In this document: positions 9,267 through 17,748 of the stretch, piece after piece
How positions within the stretch are numbered: the stretch's first letter is position 1
Layout: each line of letters starts with the position of its first letter
NCBI GenBank assembly: GCA_051659885.1
Contig: JBOFPL010000063.1
Span: 10,371 to 74,370 of the forward strand
DNA from: Cellulosilyticaceae bacterium
GTDB taxonomy: Bacteria > Bacillota > Clostridia > Lachnospirales > Cellulosilyticaceae
Length of the DNA stretch: 64,000 nucleotides
Direction: 5' to 3'
Program-made: the position numbers and the translations under genes
Notes under the pieces: generated by a model
Seen by the model: only the letters and a program-made list of their open reading frames with translations
Database searches by the model: none
Told to the model about the DNA's origin: nothing

Positions 9267-10617
9267 TGTGTAGCCCCCTCTTTGGGTATTTTGCCTTATA
9301 TGCAAGTATTCCTAGTATACCTATCATCCCTACACTTACCAAGAGAGAAGTTCCCCCATAGCTTACAAAAGGTACAGTAATTCCTGTCAATGGGATAATT
9401 TTTAATACTCCTCCCAAAATAATGAATACTTGAAATCCTAATAAAGCTACGATACCTATACAAACAAATAATTGGAATCGTTCTTTTTGCATGAGGGCTA
9501 TTTTAAGACCTTGAAGAATAATAGCCAAATAACACAAAATAACAACTATTGCAAATAGGTTCCCAAACTCTTCTGCAATAGCTGCAAAGATATAGTCTGT
9601 AGTGACAAAAGGAATCTTTGTTGGAATGCCTCTTGTAAGTCCACTTCCAAACCATCCCCATGTTCCCATAGCAAATAAACCTTGTACAACTTGATAGCCC
9701 CCTCCTGAGATATCCGCCCAAGGATTAAGCCATGCTTCTACTCTAACACGCACATGTGAAAAAAGCATATATCCCGCTACAGAAGCAAGTGCTCCTCCAC
9801 CCAATCCTAAAAGAGGTAGCCAAAATTTTTGAGTTCCTATAAATAACATAACCAAGAACGTTAAATAATATAACAATGCTCCTCCTAAGTCTCTTTGGAG
9901 GACTAAACAGCCAAGTACTCCCCCCATACTTACTCCAGCTATTATAAGTATTTTAAGTTTTTCTTTTTTCTCTCCCCAGCTATCAAATAATCCTGCTAAG
10001 AATAAGATCATAGTCACCTTACCGATTTCAGATGGCTGAAAAGAAAAGCTTCCAATTTGAACCCAGTTCATTGCACCATTTCTTGCGTCTCCAAATATAA
10101 ACGGTAATACCATCGTGATTACTGTAATGCCTAAGTACAAATATTTATACTTAGGTGCTAATAATTTAAAGCCTATCCAAGGCAATGTAATTGCCAATAA
10201 TACGCTTACAATCATCCATGCAATTTGCCTAGTTGCTAGCTCATGATCTAATCTTTGTAATGTAATGTAGCTAATATCTAATAAAAAGAATACAATATTC
10301 CACATTACTAGCTGTTGCTGCCTTTTGCAAATTCTTAAAATAAGTGTCGCTATTGTAATAATCAAAAAAACTACTATACTATTCACTAAAATCTGTTGTT
10401 TCATCATATTATCAGCAGCTTTAGCTACTAAAATACTACTTCCGCCTAAGTGAAAAAACATCATACATAGGTAAAGTAAATTATTTTTAGTTTTACTATC
10501 TCCTAATGAATACGGAATAAAGGGCTTCATAAAGCTAAATGATACAATAATAAAAATAACGCCAAACCCCACAAACAAATATCTACTTAATAATATAAAC
10601 AAATTCAAATAGGGCAT
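9259..10617 (-). CDS. SEDS family peptidoglycan polymerase (FtsW/RodA/SpoVE)
   Basis: 452 aa polytopic membrane protein with SEDS-typical blocks (QPSEIGKV, TDYIFAAIAEEFG, PLTGITVPFVSYGGTSL). It sits immediately upstream of a class B PBP. Confidence 0.9.
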   Translation of the reverse strand: MPYLNLFILLSRYLFVGFGVIFIIVSFSFMKPFIPYSLGDSKTKNNLLYLCMMFFHLGGSSILVAKAADNMMKQQILVNSIVVFLIITIATLILRICKRQQQLVMWNIVFFLLDISYITLQRLDHELATRQIAWMIVSVLLAITLPWIGFKLLAPKYKYLYLGITVITMVLPFIFGDARNGAMNWVQIGSFSFQPSEIGKVTMILFLAGLFDSWGEKKEKLKILIIAGVSMGGVLGCLVLQRDLGGALLYYLTFLVMLFIGTQKFWLPLLGLGGGALASVAGYMLFSHVRVRVEAWLNPWADISGGGYQVVQGLFAMGTWGWFGSGLTRGIPTKIPFVTTDYIFAAIAEEFGNLFAIVVILCYLAIILQGLKIALMQKERFQLFVCIGIVALLGFQVFIILGGVLKIIPLTGITVPFVSYGGTSLLVSVGMIGILGILAYKAKYPKRGLHNE

Positions 10618-10629
10618 TCATTCACCTAC

Positions 10630-12966
10630 TTACTCTATAGATTTTAAAAAGTTTCCTACTGCCACTTGAACTCTTAAAGGTATTTCTTGGAAAACATGTT
10701 CTAAAACTGCTTTTGTTTCTAAACCACTTTCTTTTGTAAAGTTTAGTCTATAATATGCAAAAGATGTTGATCCTAAATCTTTTCCTGGCAAAGTAAGTAA
10801 AGGATATTCTGTTAAAACTTGCATTTTACATGCTTTACAATCAGTTGTTAATTGCCACAAACTTTCTTTGCGATCCTTTAAAGTATAATCATAGTTACCA
10901 GTATGTGTTTTATTACACATTTTATAATTACCCAGAATACATTGTTCTGTAGTCATCAGAGGTAGATGTCCATAAATAATACGTTCTAATGGGCCTTTCA
11001 TCTCCTTAAGTTCTGCTTTAGAAAGTTCCATAGATGCACTAATAACTTCTGCTCCTTTTTCAGCCCAATACATAACAGCCTCATTGTTGAGTACATTTAA
11101 ATTATAGTCCAATCTCAATTTTTTCAATCCATTATTCAGATAATTAAACTGACCATATGTTCGACACAAATAACCCTCTATTCCTGTATCTTGCCAAGCA
11201 GCCATTTGTTTTTTATATTTTTCCCATATTGGTTCTCTCATAATATAAGGTAATGCAAGATAGAAAGTTTTTCCCTGTTTTTCACAGAGTGTTAATGCTT
11301 TTTTAGTGATTTCATCATTATAATGCCATTCCCAATAAATTGTTTGAATTTGGTTTTCTTCTAAACAGCTTTGTAATTGCTCTAGACTATTAACAAGTGC
11401 TCCATATTGACTATTTAACCTTGTCTCCTCAAATTGGACATCTTTATACTTTTCCTTTTTGTTCTGCTCTGCTCTGGCTGTTATCTTTTCCTCTAATAAT
11501 GTTACAGCTTGTCTTCTTAAGTCATTTAGCTTACTGATTACTATAAAGGCTTCTTCATCCCACTCTATCTTAAAATCTTGTAGTTTAAATGAAGTTGTTC
11601 CTAATTTAGAAAGCTGTTTAATAACATTTTCTTTTTGAGTAGGTGCATTCATAGCTTTCTCTAATAGTTCTCCTGTTACAGTTACCTCTAAGTCTTTATA
11701 TTTTAATGTATACCTTATTGGTTCTCCAATACGCCCTACTACTTTTGCACTTACTACTACTTTTCTATTGCTTCTTTCATAGGTTTTTTTTAGTTCTTTT
11801 AATAGGGTATGATTTTTTGAAAGATATACTGCACTTCCTTTTTCTGCTTTTTCTGTTACAGGTACCGTAAATTTTTCATTTGCCTCATAATACTTGGAAA
11901 TACCTGTTCCCGTATGCTTATGCGTATTCCATATTTCTAGTCCATCTCCAGGGTTAAGCGCTTTATTAGTGTAAATGGTAACCATCTTAGTTTTAGGGTT
12001 ATAATCTACAACATGGCCTATCTTTAACCCAATATTTTTAGGTGTCTTCTCTGTTAGCATATCTCTTCCTGCTTTTTGATGATAGTATCCTTGTGAGAAT
12101 CCCCCTCTATTAAAGATTGACTGTAATTCTGCCACATCCTCTTCAGCCACACTATATGGGTTAATACCCTCTAATGCTTCATCAATATACTTACGATATT
12201 CTTTAACAACAGATGCTACATACTCTGGTGATTTCATACGTCCTTCAATTTTAAAAGAATCAATCCCTGCCTCAATAAGTTCTGGGATTAAATCTAATGT
12301 ACAAATATCTTTTGGACTAAGTAAATGTAAATTTTCTACCACTGGTTTTCCTTTTTCATGTAAGGAGTATTGCATACGACAAGGTTGTGCACATCTTCCT
12401 CTATTGCCACTTCTCCCTCCAATAAAACTACTGAATAAACATTGTCCCGAGTAAGAATAGCAAAGTGCGCCATGTACAAATGTTTCAATTTCAACACCTG
12501 TATCTTCTTTAATTTTTTTAATCTCTTTTAAATTTAATTCTCTAGCTAATACTACACGTTCAAACCCTTCTGCTTTTAAAAGTTCTACATCTTGTATACT
12601 ATGAGCTGTCATTTGTGTACTTGCATGAATCGTTAATGTTGGAAAGTATTTTTTTATCATACGTACTACACCCAAATCTTGCACAATCAAAGCATCTACT
12701 TTCAGATTAGCTAAATACTGTAAATAATTATACATTTCCTTTAGCTCTTCATTTTTAACAAGTGTATTTACTGTAATATAGACCTTTACATCTCTTAATT
12801 TACAATAACGTACAATTTCTTCTAATTCATTATCATTAAAATTATCCGCAAATTGTCTCGCATTAAATAGTTTTCCTCCCACGAATATGGCATCTGCCCC
12901 ATTTTCTATTGCTGCATATGCATTTTCTAGCTTTCCTACAGGTGCAAGTAATTCTACCTTTTTCAC
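10630..12966 (-). CDS. U32 family protein, long form (~780 aa) with C-terminal extension
   Basis: The N-terminus MKKVELLAPVG...AIENGADAIFVGG is U32-like. It carries the cysteine signature C-YSYSGQ-C-x15-C-AQP-C. About 450 additional C-terminal residues follow. Confidence 0.85.
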   Translation of the reverse strand: MKKVELLAPVGKLENAYAAIENGADAIFVGGKLFNARQFADNFNDNELEEIVRYCKLRDVKVYITVNTLVKNEELKEMYNYLQYLANLKVDALIVQDLGVVRMIKKYFPTLTIHASTQMTAHSIQDVELLKAEGFERVVLARELNLKEIKKIKEDTGVEIETFVHGALCYSYSGQCLFSSFIGGRSGNRGRCAQPCRMQYSLHEKGKPVVENLHLLSPKDICTLDLIPELIEAGIDSFKIEGRMKSPEYVASVVKEYRKYIDEALEGINPYSVAEEDVAELQSIFNRGGFSQGYYHQKAGRDMLTEKTPKNIGLKIGHVVDYNPKTKMVTIYTNKALNPGDGLEIWNTHKHTGTGISKYYEANEKFTVPVTEKAEKGSAVYLSKNHTLLKELKKTYERSNRKVVVSAKVVGRIGEPIRYTLKYKDLEVTVTGELLEKAMNAPTQKENVIKQLSKLGTTSFKLQDFKIEWDEEAFIVISKLNDLRRQAVTLLEEKITARAEQNKKEKYKDVQFEETRLNSQYGALVNSLEQLQSCLEENQIQTIYWEWHYNDEITKKALTLCEKQGKTFYLALPYIMREPIWEKYKKQMAAWQDTGIEGYLCRTYGQFNYLNNGLKKLRLDYNLNVLNNEAVMYWAEKGAEVISASMELSKAELKEMKGPLERIIYGHLPLMTTEQCILGNYKMCNKTHTGNYDYTLKDRKESLWQLTTDCKACKMQVLTEYPLLTLPGKDLGSTSFAYYRLNFTKESGLETKAVLEHVFQEIPLRVQVAVGNFLKSIE

Positions 12967-13034
12967 GTCTATATCCTTCTTTCTTTATTTATTCATTACA
13001 AAAGGGGAAGTTTATCCCTTCCCCCTTTAAATTT

Positions 13035-13436
13035 TTATTTACTTTGTTGACCAATTTTAATTCTATTCATTTCAAGGCCAAGTTCTTCTATACGTTCTAG
13101 CAATGCTAAATTTTCTCTGTTGCATTTTTCTAATTCACGTATATATACCTCTAATTCTTCTTTGGTTTTTAAGTACTTTTCTCCCAATTCCTCCTTGGTT
13201 TTTAAATACTTTTCATCCAATTCTTCTTTGGTTTTTAAATACTCATCAGCAATATTAATTGCTGATAACATATAAAGTTGGGAAGTACTTAAGCGTTTAG
13301 TCCCATAGTTCTTTTGGATTTCCAAAAGTTTTTGGTCTATTAATGCAGCCACTTGTTGAATATGCTGATTAGATTCTTCGCCTTGTAGTGAGTAAATATT
13401 ACCACCAATAATTACTTCCACTTTATTTTTCGCCAT
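13035..13436 (-). CDS. zapA: Cell division protein ZapA
   Basis: 133 aa. The N-terminus VEVIIGGNIYSLQGEES...IQQVAALID is ZapA-like and is followed by a coiled-coil tail. It lies next to ruvAB, as in many Clostridia. Confidence 0.8.
   Translation of the reverse strand: MAKNKVEVIIGGNIYSLQGEESNQHIQQVAALIDQKLLEIQKNYGTKRLSTSQLYMLSAINIADEYLKTKEELDEKYLKTKEELGEKYLKTKEELEVYIRELEKCNRENLALLERIEELGLEMNRIKIGQQSK
13151..13249 (-). repeat. 3 x 33-bp imperfect in-frame tandem repeat inside zapA
   Basis: Units at 13151-13183, 13184-13216 and 13217-13249 encode YLKTKEELDEK / YLKTKEELGEK / YLKTKEELEVY. Confidence 0.9.
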
Positions 13437-13565
13437 AAAAACACCCCACTACATTCATTTGTTTTATAGTTTTTGTCATTATACCATAGGATTTATTGAA
13501 AAACTATTATTTATTGCAAAACATCACTTAACTATACTCTATTTTCTTTATTATATCATACACAC

Positions 13566-13590
13566 TAAAAAAAAACACCCAAAGGGCGTT
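13566..13590 (-). terminator. Intrinsic terminator after ruvB
   Basis: The minus strand reads ACGCCC-TTT-GGGTGT followed by a run of 9 T, starting right after the ruvB stop. Confidence 0.65.
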
Positions 13591-14583
13591 TTATTTTAGT
13601 TTTAATAAATCATACGCATACGGTGTGAGCATTCGTCCACGAGGTGTTCTTTGCAATAACCCTTGTTGCATCAAATAAGGTTCATACACATCTTCCAATG
13701 TATCTCTTTCCTCACCGATTGTAGCTGCTAACGTTTCTAAGCCTACAGGTCCACCTTTAAACTGTACTGCTATCGTCATCAATATTCTTCGGTCTAGCTC
13801 ATCTAACCCATGCTTATCAATATTCAGTAATTCTAATGCACTTAAAGCAATTTCTTGGCTAATGACTTGCCCTTGATATTTAATTAAAGCAATATCTCTT
13901 ACTCGTTTTAATAAACGGTTAGCTAACCTTGGTGTACCCCTAGAACATTTCGCAACCTCCCTTGCTCCCTGTTCTAATATTTCTACATTTAAAATAGTAG
14001 CTGTACGCATAACAATTTGAGTTAATTCCTCTAATGTGTAGTACTCTAATCTTTGGATAATGCCAAACCTGTCTCTTAGCGGTGAACTTAGCATTCCTGC
14101 TCTTGTCGTTGCCCCTACCAAAGTAAACTTTGGTAACGAGAGCCGAATAGATTTGGCAGCTGGTCCTTTTCCTACTACAATATCAATAAAAAAATCCTCC
14201 ATAGCAGAGTATAATACTTCTTCTACATGCCTTGGCATACGATGAATTTCATCAATAAACAAGATATCTCCTGCTTGCAAGTTATTGAGTATTGCTGCAA
14301 TATCTCCTGGTTTTTCAATAGCTGGTCCTGCTGTTACTTTAAACTTTACGCCCATTTCATTCGCAATAACACCTGCCAAGGTCGTCTTACCTAAACCAGG
14401 TGGGCCATATAAAAGTACATGGTCCAATGATTCTTCTCTATGTTTCGCTGCTTCTATAAAAATTTTTAAAGTTTCTTTTGCCCCTGTTTGACCAATATAC
14501 TCCTCAAGCTTGAGGGGGCGTATGGTGCTTTCTACATCTTGATCTTCAAACTGTAAGTCTGCAGACATGATTCTCTTATTCAC
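13591..14583 (-). CDS. ruvB: Holliday junction branch migration helicase RuvB
   Basis: Walker [10 protein letters not shown], Walker [10 protein letters not shown], and the typical ending RTPRGR. GTG start with SD GGGAGAGGGGG 7 nt upstream. Confidence 0.97.
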   Translation of the reverse strand: MNKRIMSADLQFEDQDVESTIRPLKLEEYIGQTGAKETLKIFIEAAKHREESLDHVLLYGPPGLGKTTLAGVIANEMGVKFKVTAGPAIEKPGDIAAILNNLQAGDILFIDEIHRMPRHVEEVLYSAMEDFFIDIVVGKGPAAKSIRLSLPKFTLVGATTRAGMLSSPLRDRFGIIQRLEYYTLEELTQIVMRTATILNVEILEQGAREVAKCSRGTPRLANRLLKRVRDIALIKYQGQVISQEIALSALELLNIDKHGLDELDRRILMTIAVQFKGGPVGLETLAATIGEERDTLEDVYEPYLMQQGLLQRTPRGRMLTPYAYDLLKLK

Positions 14584-14600
14584 ATTTCAACCCCCTCTCC

Positions 14601-15194
14601 CTAAATCATTAATAAGTTAAGCGCTTTTTTTATAATCATCTCCGTTGTATCTTCGTAATCAAATATAGCATTGACTGCTTTTGTAGCATCTTGACTTGCG
14701 TAGCCTAAAGATATAAGTGCTGCAATAGCATCTGTTTTATAATCAGTTTCATTAGCCGCCATAATAGGAAGTTCTGTAATTACTTCGTAAATTTTATTCA
14801 TACTATCTTTTAATTCTAAAATAACTCTTTGTGCTGTCTTTGGACCTATTCCACTTACTTTAGTTAAAGCTTTACTATCTCCAGCTATAATAAAATTAAT
14901 TACCTCATTTGGTGAATATAAATTCAAAATCTGAGCTGCTCCTTTAGGACCTATTCCACTTACACTAATGAGCTTTTTAAATAAATTTTTTTCTTCTTTT
15001 GTTGGGAATCCGTATAAGTCATGAGCATCTTCTTTGATATGTTCATAAACATAGATTTTCGTTAATCCATCTAGACTTACTGCATAATTCATATCACGGC
15101 CTGCCATAAAAATTTCATATCCTACTCCCATTACTTCTAGTACAATATATTGATTATACGCTTCCGTTATTTTTCCATTTAAGTATGCTAACAT
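14601..15194 (-). CDS. ruvA: Holliday junction DNA-binding protein RuvA
   Basis: 197 aa. N-terminus MLAYLNGKI, two HhH motifs (SGIGPKGA, SGIGPKTA), and a C-terminal domain III. Confidence 0.95.
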   Translation of the reverse strand: MLAYLNGKITEAYNQYIVLEVMGVGYEIFMAGRDMNYAVSLDGLTKIYVYEHIKEDAHDLYGFPTKEEKNLFKKLISVSGIGPKGAAQILNLYSPNEVINFIIAGDSKALTKVSGIGPKTAQRVILELKDSMNKIYEVITELPIMAANETDYKTDAIAALISLGYASQDATKAVNAIFDYEDTTEMIIKKALNLLMI

Positions 15195-15257
15195 TATTTT
15201 CTCCTTATCAAGAACAGTTGTTCCTATTGTACCTTATCTCATACTTTTTCGCAACCT

Positions 15258-16499
15258 CTATACTCTACATTGTCCATTCCCATAGATAATATATTTGGTT
15301 GTTGTTAAAGCCTTTAATCCCATAGGTCCCCTAGCATGGAGTTTTTGAGTACTAATTCCAATTTCTGCTCCAAATCCAAACTCAAATCCATCTGTAAATC
15401 GCGTAGATGCATTTACATACACCGCTGCACTATCAATATCATTTAAGAATTGCTGTGCTGTTGTATAATTTTCTGTTAAAATACATTCTGAATGCCCTGT
15501 ACTATATTCATAAATGTGGTTAACTGCTTCTTCATAATCCTGAACCACTTTCATAGCTACAATATAATCTAGGAATTCCGTCTCATAGTCTTTTACTTCT
15601 GCTGGTATTGTACCTTCCCATTGACAAACATTTTCATCTCCTCTAATTTCCACTTTATGTTTTTGAAGCGCTGGTATAAGTTGATTTAAACATTTTTCAG
15701 CAATTTTTTTATGTATAAGAATAGTTTCAACTGCATTGCAAACACCTGGCCTTTGTGCTTTTGCATTCAAGCAAATTGGAATAGCTTTTTCTAAATCAGC
15801 ATCTTGATCAATAAAGATATGACAATTTCCCACTCCTGTTTCAATAACTGGTACTGTACTATTTTCTACTACAGACTGAATAAGCCCTGCTCCTCCTCTA
15901 GGAATAAGTAAATCTAAGTATTTATTCATTTTCATGAGCTGCATAGCAGAATCTCTAGAAGTATCTTGGACAAGTTGTACGGCATCTGCAGGCACTCCAC
16001 AAGAAGCTAATGCTTTGCGTATAAGCTCTACAATTACTTGGTTGGTTTGAAAGGCTTCTTTGCCTCCTCGTAAAATAACCGTATTAAAAGTTTTAAAGCA
16101 TAATGCGAAGGCATCTACAGTTACATTTGGTCTTGCCTCATAAATAATACCAATAACACCTATCGGCACACGTTTTTGTCCTATTTGTAATCCATTTGGT
16201 CTAGTAATCATATTTTCAACTTCTCCAATGCTATTAGGAAGTTGTAAAATTTGAAGTACACCTGATATCATATCCTCTATACGCTCTGGTGTTAAAGTTA
16301 ATCGATCGAGCAATGACCCTTTTACCCCGTTAATTACCGCCTGCTCTAAATCTCTTTTGTTAGCTTCTAAGATTTGTTCCATGCCTTCTCTTAATTCATA
16401 AGCAACTGCCTTTAATGCACTTTCTTGTTTCTCTACTTTTAAGTTCATAATTTGTCTTGAAATACGTTTTGCACCTTGTGCTTGTTCTAATACTTTCAT
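15258..16499 (-). CDS. proA: Gamma-glutamyl phosphate reductase
   Basis: Aldehyde dehydrogenase fold with catalytic CNAVETILIH. I prefer the ATG at 16499 (MKVLEQ), preceded by AGGAGG, over the track start at 16517. Confidence 0.95.
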   Translation of the reverse strand: MKVLEQAQGAKRISRQIMNLKVEKQESALKAVAYELREGMEQILEANKRDLEQAVINGVKGSLLDRLTLTPERIEDMISGVLQILQLPNSIGEVENMITRPNGLQIGQKRVPIGVIGIIYEARPNVTVDAFALCFKTFNTVILRGGKEAFQTNQVIVELIRKALASCGVPADAVQLVQDTSRDSAMQLMKMNKYLDLLIPRGGAGLIQSVVENSTVPVIETGVGNCHIFIDQDADLEKAIPICLNAKAQRPGVCNAVETILIHKKIAEKCLNQLIPALQKHKVEIRGDENVCQWEGTIPAEVKDYETEFLDYIVAMKVVQDYEEAVNHIYEYSTGHSECILTENYTTAQQFLNDIDSAAVYVNASTRFTDGFEFGFGAEIGISTQKLHARGPMGLKALTTTKYIIYGNGQCRV

Positions 16500-16564
16500 T
16501 TTTCTACCTCCTAGCAATTAATGTACTTCTCTTTGTTATTATACAATTTTTACTTAACTCATTT

Positions 16565-16645
16565 TAAAAAAAATGATAGATATGGCTTCTTGTTTCTCCC
16601 AAAAATCACTTACTGAGTTATTTCTCGAGAAGCCTTATCTATCAT
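16565..16645 (-). terminator. Long hairpin plus U-tract between the DUF896 gene and proA (terminator or attenuator)
   Basis: On the minus strand, ATGATAGATAAGGCTTCT pairs with AGAAGCCATATCTATCAT (17 of 18 positions) around a 37-nt interior. Eight T follow. Confidence 0.6.
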
Positions 16646-16682
16646 TGTCTAACGGTTTTAAAATTTATTATTAATCATTAAA

Positions 16683-16910
16683 CTAGTTTGCTTTTTTTGG
16701 ATCTGCTGGCGCATATTTAAGTGGATGTAATTTTCCATCTGGCGTTTGAATTTTTGTATTGGCTAATTGATTAGAAAAATTGGATCTAAAAATTTTCAAA
16801 TACTCTTGACGAAGTGTTTGTTGTTCTTCTAACTCATCAGAGGTTAATCCCTCTTCTTTCTTTTTCTTAGCTAATTCGTTAATTCTTGCAATAAGTTTTT
16901 CCATTTCCAT
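16683..16910 (-). CDS. DUF896 / UPF0291 (YnzC-like) small protein
   Basis: The sequence MEMEKLIARINELAKKKKEEGLTSDELEEQQTLRQEYLKIFR is the typical DUF896 helical hairpin. I chose the start at M12 because the longer ORF overlaps the proB stop. Confidence 0.75.
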   Translation of the reverse strand: MEMEKLIARINELAKKKKEEGLTSDELEEQQTLRQEYLKIFRSNFSNQLANTKIQTPDGKLHPLKYAPADPKKAN

Positions 16911-16915
16911 CGCTC

Positions 16916-17722
16916 TTATCCTTTCTGTCCTGGAACAAACCAAGTTCCTATTTCTTGTCCTTCTAATATCTGATAAATAATCCTAATATCTTCTCCACAT
17001 GCAACTATAGTATTTACTCCTGCAGCAGATGCAATTTTAGCCGCTATAATCTTAGTAGCCATTCCTCCTGTACCAAAAGCAGATCCTTCACCCTTACCTA
17101 AAGATTCTATTTCAGGTGTAATCATTTCTACACAAGGGATTAATTTTGCTTCTTTATTCTCTCTTGGATTATCTGTATAAAGACCATCTATATCTGTTAA
17201 TAGAATAAGTGTATCCGCATTTACTAATTCAGCTACCAATGCAGATAATGTATCATTATCTCCAAATCTATAGCCTTCTATCTGATCTGTTGAAATACAG
17301 TCATTCTCATTAATAATGGGTATAACACCTAATTCTAATAACGTCCCTAATGTATTCTTTGCATTAGTATTTTTAATAGGATCTTCTACTACATCTTTTG
17401 TAAGTAATACTTGTGCTACAACCTGATTGTACTCACAAAAAAACTTCTCATAAATCTGCATTAAGATAGCCTGCCCTATAGATGCAGCTGCTTGTTTGAG
17501 CCCAAGTTCTTTAGGTCTTTCTGTGAATCCCAGACGCTGAACACCTGCTCCTATAGCTCCTGAAGATACTAGTATTATTTCCTTGCCTTGATGATTTAAA
17601 TCAGTAAGAACCCTAGCTAATTTCTCCATTTTATTTAAATTAACTTTACCATTTTCATGTGTTAATGAAGATGTTCCTATTTTTACTACGATTCTTTGAC
17701 TATCTGTGATAAGCTGTCTCAC
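16916..17722 (-). CDS. proB: Glutamate 5-kinase (no PUA domain)
   Basis: 268 aa amino-acid kinase fold (VVKIGTSSLT, VSSGAIGAG, GDNDTLSA, GTGGMATK). GTG start with SD GAGGGGGA. Confidence 0.95.
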   Translation of the reverse strand: MRQLITDSQRIVVKIGTSSLTHENGKVNLNKMEKLARVLTDLNHQGKEIILVSSGAIGAGVQRLGFTERPKELGLKQAAASIGQAILMQIYEKFFCEYNQVVAQVLLTKDVVEDPIKNTNAKNTLGTLLELGVIPIINENDCISTDQIEGYRFGDNDTLSALVAELVNADTLILLTDIDGLYTDNPRENKEAKLIPCVEMITPEIESLGKGEGSAFGTGGMATKIIAAKIASAAGVNTIVACGEDIRIIYQILEGQEIGTWFVPGQKG

Positions 17723-17748
17723 AACTCATTCCCCCTCTAAGTTTACTA

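Noticed and set aside
9259-9305. 47-nt overlap between the SEDS gene and the PBP ORF as evidence of a frameshift or fusion
   Set aside because: An internal ATG at 9266 with a strong SD gives a normal signal-anchor N-terminus and removes all but a few nt of overlap.
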